Assembly: GCA_947169755.1 (NCBI GenBank)
Contig: CAMVQX010000001.1
Span: 1 to 40,756 of the forward strand
From: an uncultured bacterium
GTDB lineage: Bacteria > Cyanobacteriota > Vampirovibrionia > Gastranaerophilales > Gastranaerophilaceae
DNA: 40,756 bases
Direction: 5' to 3'
In this document: positions 36,111 to 40,756 of the stretch, piece by piece
Position numbering within the stretch: the stretch's first letter is position 1
How the letters are laid out: the number at the start of each line of letters is the position of its first letter
Notes under the pieces: generated by a model
The model's database searches: none
Seen by the model: only the letters and a program-made list of their open reading frames with translations
Told to the model about the DNA's origin: nothing
Position numbers and translations under genes: made by a program

Positions 36111-36170
36111 ACGGCGGAAAGTAAAACCTTATTTTGCAGATAATTCTTTGATAGGAACTTTCGTTGCCGT
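36111..36170 (-). ncRNA. terminal-stem RNA motif copy
   Basis: ACGGC-AAC-GAAAGT-TCCTAT...T-ACTTTC-C-GCCGT; apical loop CTGCAAA. Confidence 0.65.
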
Positions 36171-36172
36171 AG

Positions 36173-36246
36173 TCACGCAGGCGGGATTCGAACCCGCGAT
36201 CACCAGACTGAAAATCTGGGGTCCTGGACCACTAGACGACTGCGCG
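36173..36246 (-). tRNA. tRNA-Glu(TTC), second copy
   Basis: Loop TT TTC AG. Confidence 0.9.
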
Positions 36247-36551
36247 ATATAAAAGGTTGTTTATCATCAAGCAAGGAATTTCCCGCCGTTACCTAATAGT
36301 AACTCCATTATCGCCGTACAACCTTATAAACGGACAATATAAAAACAACATTCTACCTTTCCAGACAAAACCTTTCGGAATATGCCATAGTGCTCCGGTT
36401 ATTGCGTTTGCTTTGTTACGTACCTCCACAAAATTTTCCCTCGGCGACCGACCCGTTTGTACAGATGCAAGCTTTATTGCCGGCAAGCATTGCAAAAGCA
36501 TCGTTGCTCTCGGTAGGTGTTCCGCTTTCGTGGCAACGCGAACGTTGTTTG

Positions 36552-36636
36552 TACACCGGGTGGGACTTGAACCCACACGACCTAAACGGTCATCAGGCCC
36601 TCAACCTGACGCGTCTACCAATTCCGCCACCGGTGC
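36552..36636 (-). tRNA. tRNA-Leu(GAG)
   Basis: Long variable arm, loop TT GAG GG. Confidence 0.93.
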
Positions 36637-36640
36637 ATAT

Positions 36641-36777
36641 AAATTGCGAAAAGTAAGCTTCCAGCTGCTCTGCCAACTGAGCTACCTTCCCAAATATTGT
36701 TTTATTGGTGGGAAGAGAAGGACTCGAACCTCCGACCCGCCGGTTTACAACAGCGTAAGGAACTTTCTTTGCAATTT
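36641..36777 (-). ncRNA. circularly permuted tRNA-like RNA (Tyr-GTA loop) inside the terminal-stem motif
   Basis: 3' half ending ACCA (36750-36706) precedes 5' half (36691-36661); GGGAAGG/TCTTCCC, GCTGG/CCGGC. Confidence 0.88.
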
Positions 36778-36778
36778 G

Positions 36779-36850
36779 TTGCCAGAGCGGGAGTCGAACC
36801 CACAACCTTAGGATTCAAAGTCCTTCGCGCTACCATTGCGCCATCTGGCA
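36779..36850 (-). tRNA. tRNA-Gln(TTG)
   Basis: U1-A72, loop CT TTG AA. Confidence 0.9.
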
Positions 36851-36953
36851 ATTTATTATTACTGTTTCTATAAACAAGATTTATATGTCTACATTATGTT
36901 TATCGTAATAAACAAGGTATTTTCAACAAAACTTGAATTAGTGTTGTAATAAT

Positions 36954-37029
36954 TGGTAGCGGGAGTGGGACTCGAACACCACGACCTCAAGGTTATGAGC
37001 CTTGCGAGCTACCACTGCTCCATCCCGCA
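36954..37029 (-). tRNA. tRNA-fMet-like (CAT)
   Basis: 1:72 mismatch, loop CT CAT AA, encoded CCA, 1-nt bulge in T stem. Confidence 0.85.
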
Positions 37030-37180
37030 ATATATCGGTTTGTTAATTTCATTATAAAGACCATTGAGTACCCCTTGGGAGTGATTCTTGGTCAAATTGT
37101 ATAACCCGTCCACAGCTTCGCGCCGTGGTATACAATTTAATCCGTTGATTGAAATCGGGTTATTCAGCCAACCAATTCTG

Positions 37181-37253
37181 TGACCCCGGTGGGACTTGAA
37201 CCCACGACCCCAGCATTAAAAGTGCCGTGCTCTACCAGCTGAGCTACGAGGTC
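37181..37253 (-). tRNA. tRNA-Lys(TTT)
   Basis: Loop CT TTT AA. Confidence 0.93.
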
Positions 37254-37255
37254 AT

Positions 37256-37284
37256 TTTGCAAGTTTTTAATAGGAACTTGCAAA
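37256..37284 (-). ncRNA. minimal terminal-stem motif copy
   Basis: TTTGCAAGT-TCCTATTAAAA-ACTTGCAAA. Confidence 0.45.
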
Positions 37285-37353
37285 CCTAAATTATCTTATT
37301 TGAATATTTCCACAATATGTCAAAGATCTGTTGTTTTTGTTTTTTCAACAATA

Positions 37354-37387
37354 CAAATATACAACTTATTTTTAATTTAATTGTTAA
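37354..37387 (-). promoter_or_regulatory. promoter TTAACA-N20-TATATTTG, inside the tRNA array
   Basis: Same motif and spacing. Confidence 0.7.
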
Positions 37388-37415
37388 ATGTTTGTTAAAA
37401 AAATAAAATTTTTAG

Positions 37416-37503
37416 TAGCGGATACAGGATTCGAACCTGTGGTACCTTTTTGAGGTACTAGGGCTTATGAGACCCTCGAGATAGGCCACTTCTCTAATCC
37501 GCA
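37416..37503 (-). tRNA. tRNA-Met(CAT), initiator-like, with long variable arm
   Basis: 1:72 mismatch, loop CT CAT AA, extra arm GTACCT/AGGTAC. Confidence 0.8.
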
Positions 37504-38348
37504 ATATATTTCTTAAATTTTTCAAATTCAACTTCTACAAATTTTTTTGAAAATTTTCCCATATCTTTTATAATATAAGGAGTATATCCACAATTTTTAA
37601 TTTTTTCAATTTTTATATTATCTCTATTTTGAATTTGTTTGAGCGACGTATTTTTAAATATTTGTTTGTAATGCCACGGACCGTTCCACAAAATAGCAAT
37701 TTTGTAATCTGGTAAAATAATGTCTGCATCCCAACCATCAAAAATTGTTTCATTATGAAGTACTAATTTGTATTCTTTTTCACAAAAATAACAAAACAAC
37801 TTTTCATTTTTTGAACGTTTAGATTCTTTTTGACTTTTAGCAGAATTTCTTCCACCAACAGATAATTTTTCTATAGATTCATTGCTTAAAAACAATTTTC
37901 TATTATTTCTATAAAAATCTATACATTCTTTACTACAAAAACTAGCTGTGTTTTCTCCTTTGATATAAAAATACGTTTTTCCGCAATGCTGACAAATATA
38001 ACTTTTTTCAGGTTTTTTTAATGACTTAGAAATTTTATTTTTTGTTTCTTCTGTCAATATTCTTTTATTTGCGCATTTGCGTGAACAATATTTTTTATAT
38101 TTTCCTTTTTTATATTGGTTTTCTGTTATACTTACAGCATATTGATTTCCACAATTTGGACAAATTAGTTTATATTCAACGATTTCTTGTTTTTTGCTTT
38201 CGTTTATCTTATTACAAGTATTTCTACCATTGTTTTTCAATATCTGTAAATTGTGTTCTCGATTTGGATTATTTTTACATAATCTCGTATGAGAAGCAAG
38301 TTTTTGTTTGCTTTCAAATTCTTGTCCACAATATTTGCAAATATACAT
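37494..38348 (-). CDS. zinc-finger + Vsr/DUF559-like endonuclease
   Basis: CKYC...HTRLC, CPNC, YCS..C, DADI...IAILWNGPWHY...RD..K; stop codon inside the tRNA. Confidence 0.8.
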   Translation of the reverse strand: MYICKYCGQEFESKQKLASHTRLCKNNPNREHNLQILKNNGRNTCNKINESKKQEIVEYKLICPNCGNQYAVSITENQYKKGKYKKYCSRKCANKRILTEETKNKISKSLKKPEKSYICQHCGKTYFYIKGENTASFCSKECIDFYRNNRKLFLSNESIEKLSVGGRNSAKSQKESKRSKNEKLFCYFCEKEYKLVLHNETIFDGWDADIILPDYKIAILWNGPWHYKQIFKNTSLKQIQNRDNIKIEKIKNCGYTPYIIKDMGKFSKKFVEVEFEKFKKYIAD

Positions 38349-38415
38349 ATATGTTTTTATTTATATATTTATGTTGCTGTACAAAAATTGAACTAAATTA
38401 AATTAGGTTAACTTG

Positions 38416-38488
38416 TCGCCCCACTGGGACTCGAACCCAGATTTCCACCTTGAGAGAGTGATGTCCTAACCAGTTAGACGATAGGGCG
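38416..38488 (-). tRNA. tRNA-Glu(CTC)
   Basis: Loop CT CTC AA. Confidence 0.9.
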
Positions 38489-38495
38489 AATTTTG

Positions 38496-38561
38496 TTGTT
38501 ACCTCACGACTCGAACGGAACCTCCGCTTGCGGCAGCGTGCTACCATTACACCAAATAACT
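38496..38561 (-). pseudogene. degenerate tRNA-like sequence
   Basis: D arm GTGT-AATGGTA-GCAC and TTCGAGT present; anticodon arm truncated, stems mismatched. Confidence 0.5.
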
Positions 38562-38698
38562 AAATTACTCCAACCTTCAATGAAATGATCAGTCTCAGAA
38601 CATCGGCCCAGCTGAATCTATTACTACACTTTGCTATCCGATGATTTTGTTATTGCAGCGTGGATCCAATACCGCAATAAGTGGGGTTGTTTCATCTG

Positions 38699-38769
38699 AG
38701 CGAGTAACGGGAATCGAACCCGCATCTCGACCTTGGAGGGGTCATATCCTACCATTGAACGATACTCGC
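38699..38769 (-). tRNA. tRNA-Gly(TCC), C at position 33
   Basis: GCGAGTA/TACTCGC, U73, loop CC TCC AA. Confidence 0.85.
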
Positions 38770-38824
38770 ATTATTTTCAAATTACAGATATTGTATAATC
38801 AATATCAAATTTGTTTAATATCTG

Positions 38825-38897
38825 TGCTCCCAGTGGGACTCGAACCCACGACTTCCTGCTTAAGAGGCAGGAGCTCTACCAGCTGAGCTACAAGAGC
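38825..38897 (-). tRNA. tRNA-Lys(CTT)
   Basis: Loop CT CTT AA. Confidence 0.93.
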
Positions 38898-38985
38898 AAA
38901 ATTTGGTTTTCCTGCAATTATTGCGACCTCCCAGTAAAATCCGGGGCTCTATACCTGAGCTAAAGAAAACCATTTATCAACTTTG

Positions 38986-39057
38986 CCGTATGTGCGGTGC
39001 TCGAACCCGCCTACCAGGGATTTGGTCCCCTCGCTCACCTTCTTGCGTTACATACTC
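38986..39057 (-). pseudogene. degenerate tRNA-like sequence, possibly Trp(CCA)
   Basis: AGGGG-ACCAAA-TCCCT arm, GCGGG-TTCGAGC-ACCGC T arm, irregular acceptor. Confidence 0.4.
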
Positions 39058-39145
39058 ATATACGGTTAATTACTCCGTATGTGTACCCTCTCTTTCTTTT
39101 TCAACAACGCGTCCATTGCATACTTCATACTCAAGTCAGGCCTAG

Positions 39146-39217
39146 TTGCCCTTACTGGAATCGAACCAATATCTTCTGATCCAGAGTCAGACGTACTAGC
39201 CATTGTACTAAAGGGCA
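39146..39217 (-). tRNA. tRNA-Gln(CTG)
   Basis: U1-A72, loop CT CTG GA. Confidence 0.92.
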
Positions 39218-39227
39218 AGTTATATTG

Positions 39228-39304
39228 CCGATACGGAGGGATTCGAACCCTCTATTTTACTGGAGTGACAGTCCAGTTACAAACCCGAGTTGGCACACGC
39301 ACCG
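39228..39304 (-). tRNA. tRNA-Asp(GTC), atypical D arm
   Basis: G73, loop CT GTC AC. Confidence 0.8.
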
Positions 39305-39318
39305 ATTTTTATTGTATG

Positions 39319-39400
39319 TTCCCCCGGTGGGACTCGAACCCACAATGGCAAAGCCACCTGATCCTAAGTCAGGCCCCTATACCAATTCGGGTACGGGGGA
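39319..39400 (-). tRNA. tRNA-Leu(TAG)
   Basis: Long variable arm, loop CT TAG GA. Confidence 0.9.
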
Positions 39401-39403
39401 ATA

Positions 39404-40240
39404 TCAATTTACTTTATATAATTTTTGTATTTTTTCATTATACCTATAAAAAGAACAGTTTAGTAATGATATTATTTCATTTTGTCTTTTTATATCTTTT
39501 TCTTTTAAAATATTATTGTTTACATCTTTGTAATGTTTAGGTTCATCATATTCAAAAACAATATTTAAATCTTTATCATATCCATCAAGAAAATATCCAT
39601 TGATAATAATTTCTCCGCCATTTTCTGCATGCTGTAAATTCCAATTATACATTTTATTTAATTCATTCATATAATTGCATGCTGTTTTTGAATAACATGC
39701 ACCTCCTTTGTTATGAACGTATTTTGCTGCGCTTATTCTTATTTTTTGTTTTGTTTCGTCTGGCAAACATTTTCCTTTCCAAGTCGGAACAATTTCTCCG
39801 TTATAAATTTTTTCTAAAAATGTATTTGTTGATTTTGCATGAATTTCTTTTACTTGTTCGTCTGTTAATTTTTCCCAACACATTGAACCTTTATGATGAT
39901 GTGAAGTTTCTTTACCTAAAGTTTTGCAATGTTCTTCGCAATGACCAAAATGTCCATTCAACGATTGAGAATTATTGAACTCTTTACCGCATTCGCAACG
40001 ATATAGATTTTCTGAAATTTTGTATTTGCATATTTTTACAGTCTTTATATATTGATTACAAAATCTTGTATGTGAATTTAAAGAATTTCTTGAATGAAAT
40101 TTTTTACCACATTCACATTTATATATTAATTCTTCTTCAGAATATTGCTTTTTTAATATTCCATTGCATCCTTTTTCATGAGTTGCTTTTGCACCAGCAT
40201 TTGTAAATTTTCTGCCACATTTTTTACAAACATACAACAT
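39404..40240 (-). CDS. multi-zinc-finger + Vsr-like endonuclease
   Basis: Three CxC/CxxC..H..C fingers; LPDETKQKIR; FLDGYD...VFEYDEPKH...D.KRQ..I. Confidence 0.8.
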   Translation of the reverse strand: MLYVCKKCGRKFTNAGAKATHEKGCNGILKKQYSEEELIYKCECGKKFHSRNSLNSHTRFCNQYIKTVKICKYKISENLYRCECGKEFNNSQSLNGHFGHCEEHCKTLGKETSHHHKGSMCWEKLTDEQVKEIHAKSTNTFLEKIYNGEIVPTWKGKCLPDETKQKIRISAAKYVHNKGGACYSKTACNYMNELNKMYNWNLQHAENGGEIIINGYFLDGYDKDLNIVFEYDEPKHYKDVNNNILKEKDIKRQNEIISLLNCSFYRYNEKIQKLYKVN

Positions 40241-40305
40241 ATTATATTTTATTTATATTATATATTTGTGCCTTTATGCTAAATTTGGTAGAATTTACAA
40301 GATTG

Positions 40306-40377
40306 AGCCTTATACTGGATTCGAACCAGTGACCTACTGATTACGAAACAGTCGTTCTACTACTGAACTAACAAGGC
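40306..40377 (-). tRNA. tRNA-Thr(CGT)
   Basis: Loop TT CGT AA. Confidence 0.88.
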
Positions 40378-40382
40378 AATTG

Positions 40383-40454
40383 TCTCCCCGCGAGGATTCG
40401 AACCCCGATCTTATGGTCCGTAGCCATACGTTCTATCCATTGAACTACGGGGAG
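40383..40454 (-). tRNA. tRNA-Arg(ACG)
   Basis: Loop CT ACG GA. Confidence 0.92.
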
Positions 40455-40541
40455 TGGTAAGTTACCTTATCGCTGGAACTTTAAAGGATGCGCCGGACTT
40501 ATAGGTTAGCTACTCCTACCGGAACTTTATAAAGTTGTTTG

Positions 40542-40628
40542 CGGACACGACGGGATTCGAACCCGCAATGGCTTGCGCTCCCTTCTGCGTGACAGGCAGA
40601 TATGCTAAACCAATTACACCACGCGTCC
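40542..40628 (-). tRNA. tRNA-Asp(GTC) with expanded variable region
   Basis: G73, loop CT GTC AC, 17-nt variable region. Confidence 0.85.
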
Positions 40629-40721
40629 AATTTAGTTCTGCTTTCCAGAACTGTGACCCTTGAGCTTCGTTTATACTGACCGAGTTAACGGCGTGGGCTT
40701 GAAAGGATGAATTTTCACGGG

Positions 40722-40756
40722 CGGGAGCAGTAGGGATCGAACCTACGACCATCACC
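40722..40756 (-). tRNA. 3' half of a tRNA identical to tRNA-Asn at 32343 (cut by window end)
   Basis: 40721-40756 is identical to 32342-32377. Confidence 0.75.

Noticed and set aside
27964-36777. Motif resembles the yeast FRT site (GAAAGTA...TAGGAACTT.C)
   Set aside because: There is no 13-bp inverted pair with an 8-bp spacer, the spacer length varies, compensatory changes point to RNA pairing, and no recombinase is in the window
26186-37284. Repeated motif as a CRISPR array
   Set aside because: Copies are dispersed, degenerate and irregularly spaced; no cas genes
31686-40755. ORF-track entries overlapping tRNAs (e.g. 31982-32272, 34328-34687, 36257-36811, 36289-36576, 38641-38886, 39079-39540, 40516-40755)
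   Set aside because: They are translations of tRNA/ncRNA sequence on either strand and have no protein features

Overview
AT-rich fragment of a jumbo/mega-phage, probably infecting Bacteroidota (five promoters carry the TAnnTTTG element). Bases 1-26 kb are accessory and metabolic genes, mostly on the minus strand: a glycan-modification cluster (GT-A glycosyltransferases, two TupA-like ATP-grasp enzymes), a GMP reductase/IMPDH-family enzyme, metK, a SprT-like protease, a sigma factor, two metallophosphoesterases, an ATP-dependent DNA ligase, ugd, an amidase, a GH16 and small proteins with a T4-like capsid-targeting N-terminus. Bases 26.2-40.7 kb are a minus-strand RNA island: 30 complete conventional tRNAs plus one truncated, including an amber (CTA) suppressor, invaded by 7 free-standing endonuclease genes. 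The island also holds several unusual RNAs. (i) Two circularly permuted tRNA-like genes (Tyr-GTA and Leu-GAG loops) are clamped by a conserved terminal stem that recurs 8 times; the arrangement resembles YrlA-type Y RNAs. (ii) A stand-alone copy of the 23S rRNA L11/GTPase-associated centre is split by a ~170-nt structured insert. (iii) There is a topologically rewired tRNA(TAT) and other tRNA-like RNAs. (iv) A Pro-Pro-stop leader peptide and a PTH2-like gene read as full-length only if TAG is suppressed. All calls were made by eye from the sequence; no database searches or folding programs were run.
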